DNA from: Squalus acanthias
Lineage: Eukaryota
Length of the DNA stretch: 64,000 nt
Direction of reading: 5' to 3'
Assembly (NCBI GenBank): GCA_030390025.1
Contig: CM059430.1
Span: 41,540,001-41,604,000 of the forward strand
The notes under the pieces are model-generated. The model was not told the origin of the DNA, did not search any database, and saw only the letters and a list, made by a program, of their open reading frames with translations. A program made the position numbers and the translations under genes. This document shows, one piece after another, positions 1 to 12,421 of this stretch (its first letter is position 1; each line of letters opens with the position of its first letter).

Positions 1-261
1 AATCCAATGCAAATGTAAAAAAAAAATCTTTACATTCTCATAACAGAGAAAATAAATCTGTGTTTTCAACATTACATTTTAATTAACAGTATAAGTTGCT
101 GAGCAGTAGTTGTTACATTTTAGAACTAACCTTATCCAGAGTTGATCAGTTACTTACATCAGTGTTTACAGCACTAGGATGTTGATATACAGTAGCAAGA
201 GAAATCATAACTAAGCTAGCATGACTGATTAGGTCTCAAAATAAAAAGGTTGTACTCTATA

Positions 262-963
262 TAAAGCTGGGTGGGAATGTAAGTTGTGAGGAGGATGCAA
301 GGAGGCTTCAAGGGGATATAGACAGGCTAAGTGAGTGGGCAAGAACATGACAAATGGAATATAATGTGGAGAAATGTGAAGTTATCCACTTTGGTAGGAA
401 AATAGAAAAGCAGAGTAATTTTTAAATGGTGAGCGATTGGGAAATGTTGGTGTGCAGAGGGACCTGGGTGTCCTTGTATATGAATCACTGAAAGTTAACA
501 TGCAGGTACATCAAGCAATTAGGAAAGCAAATGGTATGTTGGCCTTTATTACAAAAGGATTTGAGTATAAGAGTAAATACGTCTTACTGCAATTATATAG
601 GGCCCTGGTGAGACCACACCTGGGGTATTGTGTACAGTTTTGGTCTCCTTACCTAAAGGAAGGATATACAGTACTTGCCATAGAGGGAGTGCAACGAAGG
701 TTCACCAGACTGGTTCCTGGGATGGGGAGATTGTCCTATGAGGAGAGATTGAGTAGACTAAGCCGATATTCTCTAGAGTGTCGAAGAATGAGAGGTGATC
801 TCATTGAAACATAGAAAATTCTTACAATGCTTGACAGGGTAGATGCAGGGAGGATGTTTCCCCTGGCTGGGGAGTCTAGAACCAGGGGTCAGAGTCTCAG
901 AATAAGGGGTCAGCCATTTAGGACTGAGATGAGGAGAAATTTCTTATGTTCTTATGTTCTTAT
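262..963 (+). mobile_element. CR1-clade LINE 3' fragment (RT C-terminus), with internal deletion joined to the tail
   Basis: ORF 437-814 (LYRALVRPHLGYCVQFWSP...RRMRGDLIET) is the typical CR1 ORF2 end; terminates in (TTCTTATG)n repeats at ~941-963. Confidence 0.9.
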
Positions 964-1012
964 ACCTATTTTGTTGCAATGCTCTTTTAAATAACCAGAG
1001 ACATTTTAAGAG

Positions 1013-1558
1013 CATAAGAAATCAGAGCAGGAGTAGGCCATTTGGCCCTTCGAGCTGGCCCTGCCATTCAATAAGATCATAGCTAATCTTCTACCTCAAC
1101 TCCACCTTCCTGCACTATCCCCATATCTCTTGATTCCCTTAGTGTCCAAAAACCTATCGATCTCTGTCTTGAATATACTCAACGACCGAGCATCCAGAGC
1201 TCTCTGGGATAGAGAATTCCAAAGATGCACAACCCTTTGAGTGAAGAAATTTCTCCTCATCTCAGTCCTAAATGGCCGACCCCTTATTCTGAGACTGTGA
1301 CCCCTGGTTCTAGACTCCCCAGCCAGGGGAAACATCCTCCCTGCTTCTACCCTGTCAAGCCCTGTAGGAATTTTGTATGTTTCAATGAGATCGCCTCTCA
1401 TTCTTCTAAACACTAGGAAATATAGGCCTAGTCTACTCAATCTCTCCTCGTAGGACAATTCCCCCCATCCCTGGAATCAATCTAGTGAACCTTTGTTGCA
1501 CTCCCTCTAAGGCAATATATCCTTCCTTAGGTAAGGAGACCAAAACTGTACACAGTAC
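1013..1558 (-). mobile_element. CR1-clade LINE 3' fragment with 3' UTR
   Basis: ORF 1096-1458 (RGDLIETYK...RRNFFTQRVVHLWNSL); cataagaa tail at the left end. Confidence 0.9.
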
Positions 1559-1889
1559 AATTTGCTACTGCATATCTTCAACTTAGAACTGTAAGCCATT
1601 GTATGTAGTTACACATTAGACATCTGTAAGAACTTAACCAGGCTAAAAGCAAATAAAATTCTCTTTGCCATTTAAAAGATCATTAAGCGTACGGGAGTTT
1701 GAAGATTGATCAGGCCATTTATAATTCACAAGTTTAGATTAACTTTTTATAAAGTCAGCCAAATCTTTGATTAAAGAGCTTGGAGTAAATCAACTACTGC
1801 TTAGTTTACATTTCTTAGCAAATACATTAAGGCAGGCTGTATGTGGAAATTATGAGTTACTCTGGAGTATTCTTTTATTTTTTCACCGA

Positions 1890-2232
1890 TTTTTCTTCCC
1901 TCTCCTTAAGGCTTGAAACCTTTGTTGGGTTTCCAGTGTTCATGTGTGAGCTTTGATAGTGAGTTTCAGCAATCAAATTGACTGTGGGGTATCATAGCCG
2001 AGCTTGATTACGCCCTCACTTGATGTCCACACATGCAGTTCCAGCAAGGGTTGCTGGATAGCAATCCGTTGTGGGGACCTTGGCTCCACTCCCTAACTCA
2101 GGGCACTAAAGCCAATTCCAGCACGCTTACTGCTGCCGGGTTGAGATCAGCAGAGATTGGGGATTGAACCTGCGATCCTTCTGGTCTGTATGGCTCAGCT
2201 AATTATTGGTTAAACTCACCAAGCCACCAGTG
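1890..2232 (-). mobile_element. Old tRNA-headed SINE (AmnSINE2-like)
   Basis: B-box-like GGTTCAATCC on the minus strand (plus ggattgaacc ~2162); body resembles the copy at 13665-14048. Family name from recalled consensus. Confidence 0.5.
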
Positions 2233-2603
2233 GAACCACAATTTGACTATTTCAGTAAATGTAAACTTTTTTTGTCCATGCAATGTCACAATCATTAGAA
2301 ACACAGGGGCAAGTTCACTACCGTTTATTTTTCTACCATCAGGAAATCAGTATTAAAGACTTTAACTGCAGTAACCACACATGAACATTAAAACTGAATA
2401 GCTACAATTGTTCAAAATAAATGCAAGTATTAGTTTGTATGTCAACGAATTGGATATATTATTCAATAAAGGTATCTATTAATATTACGTATGGTTGCAT
2501 TTTTTGGTCCAAGAAGTTATAGTCAACATCATTCAAAGCCATGTCTAATCCCTGCTGGAAATAAAAGGTTGTTTCCAGACAATTATATTTAAGTTCCACC
2601 TAC

Positions 2604-2855
2604 CACAGTCAAACCGTTGCTGAGGAGTCCACCATCTTGGTCCATAATACTTCTGGATATTGTGATGGAAGGCAGGTCCAGGCTTTGTGGGGGGAAATGG
2701 GGTGTGAATTCATTTCCTTGTGAGGGCAATGGATCATTAAGGCCTTGAAAAGCTGACACCACATCTGTTAGTCCCAGAGTGGGGTCTGTTTCTGGCGGTG
2801 GAGTTATGGGTGGAATCTCAAACTCCTCGTCCCCAAGGCTTGGAGTGTGGAATGT
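2604..2855 (-). CDS. TOX3: TOX3-like HMG-box transcription factor, internal coding exon (exon 3 equivalent), 252 nt, phase 0/0
   Basis: Translates [84 protein letters not shown], recognisably the TOX3/TOX4 N-terminal region. Acceptor is tgttctctcttcag (plus 2856-2858 ctg); donor is GTG|gtaggt. Family is certain; TOX3 versus TOX4 is less so. Confidence 0.9.
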
Positions 2856-3689
2856 CTGAAGAGAGAACAGATTGGAAACAATCAGCATGCAATAGTTCAG
2901 TACAAGATTTCAAAGACAAATAATAAAAGTAAAGCCTCGAGGCAGATTTAGTATTCCCTGACACAACAGAACACAGTTACATTATTACTCCAGCAGCACT
3001 ATCAATTAGTAAAAGGTAAAAGTTCTCATCGCTGACTGAAATCATTGCACATCAGAAGCTGCATCAAAGTGCACTTGTCTGCAGTGAGACTTAACACAGC
3101 TCAGAACAAAATCTCTTTATGATATAATGGCTGCTCTTCAGCTGGCAAGTGATCTATTTGGACAAGCAAAATGAGCATGATTCCTTATCTGCAGGTTTAA
3201 ATACCTGTTAAGTGATACTATTCAACAAAATCTTAGGTTATCAAGGCATTTGAACATACAAGTGATATGACACTAATGCTTCATTCTAGTGGCTACCAAA
3301 TTAGCTAGACTATTATTATCTGTGCTTAGTGGCCTTTTGTAGATGAATTCAACATATATCACTGATCCTACTCAGGAAGTTTACAAAACAGTACTGTAAA
3401 ATTCATTGTTTATGCATTCTGGTGATGGGTGAGCCACATTCTACCTGCACTGATGAGCAATGCTGATATATGATTGCAGCTGCTCTTTATGCAATCAAAT
3501 GTAACAGCTCTGTTGTCATGTCATACACTTACTAGGCCTGGTCACTGGAGTTCACAACTGCTGAAAACTGTTTGTTATTCACAAAGCACCAAAGCAAACA
3601 ATGGTGCCATTGCATCAGACAAAACCATGGCAATGCACATGGGGTGGGATGTTACTGCGGAGATTTGTAAGGAATAAAACAACAGAAGG

Positions 3690-4905
3690 TAGGGATTGCA
3701 GAGTAAACAGGTTAGACTTTTGAGAAGGAAAGGGGGAGAGGGATGCACAAGAGGCCAGAGTCAGAGGAACGAAGGGCTTGATGGGGGTTGTACTGCTGAA
3801 GAAGAGTACAAAAATAGGGAGCGTGAAGCCATGGAGGGATTTAGACATATGGGCCCAGAATTTGCGGTGGGTAATGATGGTGACCCACCAGCATTCGCTG
3901 TCATTACCCCTCTGAAACTGACCACAACTTCAGGATGTAGCACATGCGCATCTAAACGTGGAAATCCTGAAGGTGCGGTCAGCCACTCACTGCTCCGACA
4001 CAGGTTGCGCTGTGGACGCTTCCCCCCCCGCGCCCCCCTCCTCATCTCATAGCCGGCAATCAGTGTAATCAGTGAAACTAGTGAAACTGACGAAAACTTG
4101 GGCTTTTCTGTAGTAATATCGCTGTTAAATACCCCATTAAATGTTAAGCCTTGTTGGATTAGGTGTAACTGGGTTCTTAACAGTATATTGACTGGTAAAC
4201 AAACGTTCTGGCCCTGAAAAACTAATTTTATATTTGTGAGATGTCACATTTCTCCATTATGATAAAAATTTAAATTTTTCCATTATGATAATTTTTTTTA
4301 AACTTTAAAAAAGAATTTAAAAGTTTGTTCATGATATTTCAGCTTCTACCTTATCCCCATGTGAGATTCCCAATCTTTGTTTTGCTCTCTGTAACTTTTT
4401 TTTAAAAGTCTGGATAAAAGCAGCTTCTCATTTCCTGGTTTCCTGTCTGTGAGTATTCTGCAATGTGATTGGCTGCTTAGACAGCTTGTTGACGTCACTG
4501 CAGCATCGCACTAGGAATTCCCATTACAAAGCGTGAAGCGCCTTTGCTTCACCGCTGACCGCAAATTACGAGCCATGGGTGTGAATGTTAAATTTGAGGC
4601 ATTGGGAGACTAAGAGTCAAAATAGGGCAGCAAGGGCAGGGCGATAGGCGAGTGGGTCTTGGTGGGGGATAGGATATCGGCAGCAGAGTTTTGGCTGAGC
4701 TGAAGTTCATGGGATGTTTAAGGTGGTGGTTGGGAAGCGGATGGGAAGCTAACTAGGGGAGCATTGGAATAGTTGTGTTTGGCTGTCACAAAGGCATGGA
4801 TTAGGGTTTTAGCAGCAGATGGACTGAGATAGGGGTGAAGCTGGATGTTGTTATGGTGGTGCAAATAGGTAGACTTTGTGATGGAGGGGATATCAACTCA
4901 GAAGC
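3690..4905 (-). mobile_element. Degenerate L2 LINE fragment split by a MITE
   Basis: gccatggagggattt...gtgaatgttaaatttgagg and cagcagagttttgg align by eye with the L2 copy at 58750-58900. Confidence 0.6.
3852..4574. mobile_element. PIF/Harbinger-type MITE
   Basis: TIRs GGCCCAGAATTTGCGG / CCGCAAATTACGAGCC, 3-bp TSD ATG (3849-3851, 4575-4577), AT-rich core; TIRs resemble those of 50461-51214. Confidence 0.75.
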
Positions 4906-7805
4906 AATTAGCTCAATTCACTTGGTGCAGTATAAATACACCCATTCAAATCTGGAATCTGATACTATTCTCGGCAGTAAATTAAGTACATTTGCACACT
5001 GCCTTTGTACATAATTCATGCACAGAATACAATTACATTTACTGTTAGCTGTTTTTTATGCACCTCTTACAATAACACCGAACAATTCACAGTTAATGGA
5101 AAATCTTATCTGCTACTAAACATAATCACCGCTCAAGTTGTTAATGATTATAAGAAATTAATAACTGCTTGAAAAGTGTCAAAAATTCACTGAAGGAAAA
5201 AGAAAGCTCTGCTTGCATACAGAAGCTGTCAGCTGTCATTATTTCTCCTAAACCAAAAATGATAAGGTGCCAGACTGATAGTGTCTATGAGAACACACTA
5301 CAAATATCAGCACAGTGTAGCTTCTATTAGTGTCACTTCAGATAAAAATAACTGCTTGGCTTGTTTAAATCTGCATTTGAAAACATTTGCTTGTGATTAA
5401 AGTTTAATTGCTCTAAATTAATAATGTAGACACAAGAGCATGTACCTTAGACATTCGATTCTGATGGCTGTATATAAACAGTGCAGATGCGTCTTGTTGA
5501 TACAGGAATGACAATTATTATTTTGCAAAGCCTTGACCTATTGCAAATGTGTTCTGTATTAAAAATGAACTATAATGTTTGATTTAAGATCTGGAACCCA
5601 GAATGGGCCTACAATCAGTATTAATCTGTCACTGAATCTATTTACTGTACTGGGTTTTATAGATATTAAAATGAACAGAGTAGCCGAATAGGATTTTACA
5701 TAGATAAGCCATTTGTCTGTCATTGTGGATTAAAGCAAAATGCTATCACTAGTTAACATTTCTTCAAAATTATATGTAGACTAACTTCAAAATCTGGTAG
5801 AGAAACATGCCCAGAATGCCAATGCTAGTCTGAATATGAAATGACAGCAGCTCAAAAGGTGCGTAGGCAGAGCTGCACTGATGAATTGATTGTGTTGAGA
5901 ACAATGGATACCCGAGAGTGATTACAAGGCAGTAATCTTATCATGGGCTTTACATGATGTCATGAACTGCAGGCATGAAGCTCAAGTGGTTGTTAGCCAT
6001 CATATGATGATGTGCTATTATATATTGAACCTTATGGAGTGGCTTTATGCAGTTTGAAGTCAGTTTCTGTGCCTGGGAGGGCTGTTGGTGCTGATATTGA
6101 TAGTCAATGTGCTCCACTTGATGGTGTGCAGTGAAGTTTACACTCATAGATTAATGATTCTTATGTCATTATTACAAGTTTGCCGAGAGATAGTCTGCAT
6201 CAGATAATCAGAAAATTTATGGCTGGTATATATTATAATTATTGAGTAGGCAATAATGAATAAGAAAGCATTGAATTATCAGTGGCCTTACAACCTACAC
6301 GATTGCTTTGGAGCATGGCAAAGAAGAATGTGAATATCCCAATGTCTCACACCTTCAAGTGTGTTACTACCAGTCTGTCCTCTACCCTGTTCACTGAGCT
6401 CTTGGTAAAAATGATGACTGTTTTAAAATTCAAAAATTCGAACCTGTCTAAACCTTTAGCTACAGAGCTAAATGCTTTCCACACAGTTTTAAACTCAGAA
6501 TGACATTTGTACCACAAGTGGAATAATCATTGTGCAAAGGCAGACCGAGGACTGGATTCAAATTCAAAAATCAATGCTGTGAGTGAATATATCAGGGGTT
6601 TTAAGATGCTGTGTGGTGGTCAATAGCTGGTGAAGCACTTGCACAAATGAAACAGCCTTCCTAACGCACTATTGATAAGCAAACATTTACCACAAAATAC
6701 TGCACCATCAAAATGAGAGCAGTCACCATGCTGGTAAGTGAAACAATTTTCCACTTTGGGCAGTATCAGCTGCCCCATGTAAGGTATAACAGAGGTTAGA
6801 TGTAAAATGCAGCTCCTTATGGCCTCTCCCAACATTGTGCCTTAACCTCACCTTCAGAAGACAACCCAATATTGCACCAGTGCAAACTTAAGTACAAATT
6901 TGCAAACATAAAAGGAAACACTGCAACATCTGCCTTTCTCATTCCAAGAACACTCACCTCTTCCTTTGCTGTCTTGACACCACACACCAACACCTCTTCT
7001 CTTCTCACATCCTCGCAATTAAACAACCACCAACCACTCCTACGACTGCTTCCTCAATTCACATTACACACACTTGGCTTTGCGTTCACCACCTCCACAT
7101 CCTCATTCCATCTTGCTTCTTCTCCACCTCTCAGCACATGCACTATATGCACAATCCGTACACATCTACACTTATCTTTTCAATAGCCACTCACTAACTC
7201 TCGCCTTCTATTTCTGTAGGACAAAACAGCACATAATGCTAAGGAGAGGACCAAGACCTGGGGAGGACCATCATAGTCCTCATCCAAGCAGAGCACAAAG
7301 CTCTAGAGATTAGTGGCCTGGGCAAAGCCATGGGTATCGGGGAAGGCGAGGTTGGGGGCTTATCTGAGCAAGGTGTCTGCATATTACTTGTAACCCTTCA
7401 TTCACTTTAACAACTATTCAGCAAGCTTCACAATTTCAAGCTGCATTTTCAAAATGTTTACCTGCTAATGCTCAGCCTCTCAGTGCCATCCTAACTCTTG
7501 AACATTTACTCTTTCCTTTAGACCCTTCTCAGCACCTGGACGCTGCAGAAGACATCTCAGAGAAGAGCAATCGTCCTGAAGATGCAAGATCGTGCATTCC
7601 AACTCTCCCAAGCACCAGCACAGACACTGGCACTCTGCACGGGTTAAATAGTGAGCCACAGGGTTCTGCATGTGGTGAATCACCCCCAACACGTGTGTAA
7701 CAGCAGGTATTGGCACAGGGACAGCCCAGGAGAGAGCTTGTTGGAGGGCAATGTCATCTCCAGCTCTGCTGAGTAGGACAGAAATGTGGACTCTCACAAG
7801 CAGTT

Positions 7806-8120
7806 ATTGCAACCCTCCGAGATCTCAGCACTCCTCCAATCATGGCCTCTTGCGCATCCCCGATTTTCATTGCTCCACCATTGGTGGTCTTGTCTTCAGC
7901 TGCCTAGGCCATAAGCTCTGGAATTCCCTCCCTAAATCTCACTGCCTCTTTACCTCTCTCTCCTTCTTTAAGACGCTCCTTAAAATCTTCCTCTTTGACC
8001 AAGCTTTTGGTCACCTGTCCTAATATCTCCTTATGTAGTTCGGTGTCAAATTTTGTTCGAAGCGCCTTGGGATGTTTTACTATGTTAGAGGTGCTATATA
8101 AACACAAGTTGTTATTGTGG
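7806..8120 (+). mobile_element. L2 LINE 3' end
   Basis: KLWNSLPKS...FKTLLKIFLFDQAF followed by gtgctatataaacacaagttgttattg; reverse complement of the 58388-58700 region. Confidence 0.8.
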
Positions 8121-8542
8121 TATTTAGAAGGCCTGTCAAAGAGATTCAGCACTACGGCTGAAAGTGTGGAGGAGTCCACTTCCAGACTGTGTGGTGGCAT
8201 CTCGCATGGCACCAACAATCTGCAGTCTACCTTGGAGAGTGCGGCCACTCATCCCTCACATCTTTTGCTACAAGGTACTGAGGTGGTCCTCCTTCTTCTG
8301 CTGCTTCTTTGCCTTCCCCCTGGTCTTTTTCGTCCAATGAGAACTGCAGCTGTAGCTCTGTCTCCTCCAAATGGAGACTCTTTGTGGGGCACATTGAAGG
8401 GAGCCCCCAGAGCTGTCGAGACACCTGAACCTCTGCTTCAGCAGCCTCATGGTGTACTCAGTATTGATCCTGGTGGTCCAATGGCTTTGAATATGCCTGT
8501 GTTGCTTCTGGGGGGGTGCCTCAACCGATTCAGAAAACTGAG

Positions 8543-10468
8543 TTGTTTTTTTAAATTCGTTTATGGGAGCAGGGCGTCGCTGGCAAGGCCAGCATTGATT
8601 GCCCATCTCTAGTTGCCCTTGAGAAGGTGGTGGTGAGCCGCCTTCTTGAACCGCTGCAGTCCGTGTGGTGAAGGTACTCCCACAGTGCTGTTAGGTAGGG
8701 AGTTCCAGGACTTTGACCCAGCGACGATGAAGGATTGGCAATATACTTCTAAGTCAGGATGGTGTGTGACTTGGAGGAGAACTTGGTGGTGTTCCCATGC
8801 GCCTGCTGCCCTTGTCCTTCTAGGTGGAAGAGGTCGCGGGTTTGGGAGGTGCTGCCGAAGAAGCCTTGGCGAGTTGTTGCAGTGCATCTTGTAGATGGTA
8901 CACACTGCAGCCACGGTACACCGGTGGTGGAGGGAGTGAATGTTTAAGGTGGTGGATGGGGTGCCAATCAAGTGGGCTGCTAGGTCCTGGATGGCGTCGA
9001 GCTTCTTGAGTGTTGTTCGGGCTGCACTCATCCAGGCAAGTGGAGAGTATTCCATCACACTCTTTACTTGTGCCTTGTAGATGGTGGAAAGGCTTTGGGG
9101 AGTCAGGAGGTGAGACACTCGCCGCAGAACAACTAGCCTCTGACCTGCTCTTGTTGCCACAGTATTTATGTGGCTGGTCCAGTTAAGTTTCTGGTTAATG
9201 GTGACCCCCAGGATGTTGATAGTGGGGGACTCGGCGATGGTAATGCCATTGAATGTCAAGGGGAGATGGTTAGACTCTCGCTTGTTGGAGATAGTCATTG
9301 CCTGGCAATTCTGTGACGCGAATGTTACCTGCCACTTATCAGCCCAAGCCTGAACGTCGTCCAGGTCTTGTTGCATGTGGGCATGGACTGCTTCATTATC
9401 TGTGGAGTTGTGAATGGCACTGAACACTGTGCATTCATCAGTGAACATCCCCATTTCTGACCTTATGTTGGAGGGAAGGTCATTGATGAAGCAGCTGAAG
9501 ATGGTTGGGCCCAGGACACCGCCCTGAGGAACTGCTGCAGTGATGTCCTGGGGCTGTGATGATTGACCTTCAACCACCACAACCATCTTCCTTTGTGCTA
9601 GGTATGACTCCAGCCAGTGGAGCATTTTCCCCCTGATTCCCATTGACTTCAGTTTTACTCGGGCTCCTTGATGCCAGACTCGGTCAAATGCTGCCTTGAT
9701 GTCAAGGGCAGTCACTCTCACCTCACCTCTGGAATTCAGCTCCTTTGTCCATGTTTGGACCAAGGCTGTAATGAGGTCGGGAGCCGAGTGGTCTTGGCGG
9801 AACCCAAACTGGGCATTAGTGAGCAGGTTATTGATGAGTAAGTGCCGCTTGATAGCATTGTCGATGACACCTTCCATCACTTTGCTGATGATTGAGAGTA
9901 GACTGATGGGGCGGTAATTGGCCGGGTTGGATTTGTCCTGCTTTTTGTGGACAGGACATACCTGGGCAGTTTTCCACATTGTCGGATAGATGCCAGTGTT
10001 GTAGCTGTACTGGAACAGCTTGGCTCGAGGCGCGGCTAGTTCTGGAGCACAAGTCTTCAGCACGATAGCCGGGATGTTGTCGCAGCCCATAGCCTTTGCT
10101 GTCTCCAGTGCGCTCAGCCGTTTCTTGATATCACGTGGAGTGAATCAAATTGGCTGAAGACTGGCTTCTGTGATGGTGGGGACCTCGGGAGTAGGCCGAT
10201 ATGGATCATCCACTCGGCACTTCTGGCTGAAGATGGTTGCAAACGCTTCAGCCTTGTCTTTTGCACTCACGTGCTGGGCTCCACCATCATTGAGGAGTGG
10301 GATATTCTTGGAGCCTCCTCCTCCCGTTAGTTGTTTAATGGTCCACCACCATTCACAACTGGATGTGGCAGGACTGCAGAGCTTTGATCTGATCTGTTGA
10401 TTGTGGGATCGCTTAGCCCTGTCTATAGCATGCTGCTTCCGCTTTTTAGCATGCATGTAGTCCTATGT
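8543..10468 (-). mobile_element. 5'-truncated CR1-group LINE of a second lineage; 493-aa RT ORF (8609-10090), probably inactive
   Basis: RT motifs YRPISLLS, QFGFR, LDIKAAFDRVWH and VPQGGVLGP are present, but catalytic (Y/F)ADD reads FTDE. Upstream ORF 10145-10456 continues ORF2. Short 3' UTR with an A-rich tail at ~8543-8552. Confidence 0.9.
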
Positions 10469-11162
10469 AAGTACTCTACCATGAACTTATCCACCCGCCC
10501 AACCATTCCCGTCGAGTGCAGTGGGTTGAAATCGGCCCTTCAGCGATGAAGGTTCAAATTGTGTGTGAAGAGCGCAGTGCAAGTCAGAATCATCAAGACA
10601 GCCTGAATCAAAACTAGTGAGAGAAATACATTCAGCTTTAGAAAAAGACAATCTACAGTCCCAAGTAAATGTCTGCTTCTGGTCACATTTACACAACAAA
10701 TATCCCAATTCATGGGTTGGGGGGGGGGCGGTGCGTGGTGCGGGTGGGCATACGGAGAATTTTCTTGGCCCCCACCAAACGACCTGGATGCCGGGATGAG
10801 CACAGGAGTGCGGGCCACCTCAGTAACCCAGGTGGGGCCCAGCTGGGGATCCAGTCCTAGATCCTGGCTTGGACACCCCCGTAACACTTCCAGCACCATG
10901 AACCTTTCTGGCCCCCTTTTAGAAGCAACCAATTGAGCCAGTGTCGCTTACCTGCGTTCCTGTCTCTGGCAGGTGCCCAGGATGCGCCTATGGCGGTATG
11001 GATGCCTGCCGCTGGGAATTAAATCACATGACTCTGAATCTCCTTGCAGGGCATCCGCAGGCAGATTGGAGCCAAAAATCTGCAACAGTTTCATTGGGCT
11101 ATTTCTACTAAGCTTTGTGCAATCCACAGCTTAATCTTCACCATTAATGCCGGTTACAAATC

Positions 11163-12421
11163 AGTTGTTACGCAAGATAAGGGCCCATGGGGTTGGGGGT
11201 GATATATTAGCATGGATAGAGGATTGGTTAATGGACAGAACACAGAGAGTAGGGATAAAAGGGTCATTTTCAGTTTGGCAGGCTGTAACTAGTGGGGTGC
11301 CACATGGATCAGTGCTCGGGCCTCAGCTATTTACAATTTATATTAATGACTTAGATGAAGGGACCGAGTGTAATGTATCCAAGTTTGCTGGCGATACAAA
11401 GCTATGTGGGAAAGTAAGCTGTGAGGAGGACACAAAGAGCCTGCAAAGGGATATAGACAGGTTAAGTGAGTGGGCAATTAAGGTGGCAGATGGAGTATAA
11501 TGTGGGAAAATGTGAGGTTATTCACTTTGGTAGGAAAAATAGAAAAACAGAATATTTTTTAAATGGTAAGAAACTATTAAATGTTGGTGTTCAGAGAGAT
11601 TTAGGTGTCCTCGTACAGGAAACACAGAGTTAGCATGCAGATACTATACATACAGTAAATCAGTGGAACTCTCTGCCCCAGAGAGCTGTGGAGGCTGGGT
11701 CATTGAATATATTTAAGGTGGAGATAGACAAATTTTTGAACAATAAGGGAGTGATGGGTTATGGGGAGCAGGCAGGGAAATGGAGCTGAGCCCAAGATCA
11801 GATTAGCCATGATCTCATTAAATGGCGGCGCAGACTCGTGGGGCCAAATGGCCTACTCCTGCTCCTATTTCTTATGTTCTTATGTGCAGCAATTAGGAAG
11901 GCAAATGGCATGTTGGCCTTTATTGTAAGGGGTTTTGGAGTACAAGAGTAAGGAAGTCTTGCTTTCAGTCTCCTTATCTGAGGAAGGATATACTTGCCTT
12001 AGAGGCAGTGCAATGAAGGTTCTCTCTGGGGTTTAGAAGAATGATAGGTGATCTCATTGAAACATAGAAGATTCTGAGGGGGACTGACAGAGTATATGCT
12101 GAGAAGTTGTTTCCCCTGGCTTAGAGTCTAGAACTAGGCATAGTCTCAGGATAAGGGGTCGGCCATTTAAGACTGAGACAAGCAGAAATTTCTTCACTCA
12201 GAGGATTGTGAATCTTTGGAATTCTCTGCCCCAAACGGCTGTGGATGCTGAATTGTTGAGTTTATTTAAGGCCGAGATAGATAGATTTTTGGACTCTAGG
12301 GGACTCAAGGGATATGGAGATCAGGCAGGAAAGTGGAGCTGAGGTCGAAGATCAGCCATGATCTTATTGAATGACGGAGCAGGCTCAAGGGGCCTACTCC
12401 TGCTCCTAATACTTGTGTTCT
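11163..12421 (+). mobile_element. CR1 LINE fragment with a nested CR1 3'-end insert (~11641-11883)
   Basis: ORF 11147-11500 ([21 protein letters not shown]...KFAGDTKL). An internal ttcttatgttcttat tail at ~11870-11883 interrupts agttagcatgcag...gcaattaggaaggc. Confidence 0.85.

Larger units (their letters stand above)
6800..10538. mobile_element. Degenerate PIF/Harbinger transposon interrupted by L2 and by a LINE
   Basis: HARBI1-like C-terminal remnant on the minus strand (ORF 8268-8606: RLLKQRFRCLDSSGGSLQCAPQRV). Myb-gene exon remnants on plus (tgtag|gacaaaacagcacataat ~7220, like 47598). TIR-like ttgaaatcggccc at ~10526-10538. Left edge approximate. Confidence 0.6.

Noticed and set aside
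2856-2888. ORF-track start [11 protein letters not shown] and end VGGT as part of the TOX protein
   Set aside because: These are the polypyrimidine tract/acceptor and donor-side intron read-through.
7995-8612. 205-aa plus-strand ORF as a host gene
   Set aside because: It runs across L2, Harbinger and LINE fragments, so it is a chance open frame.
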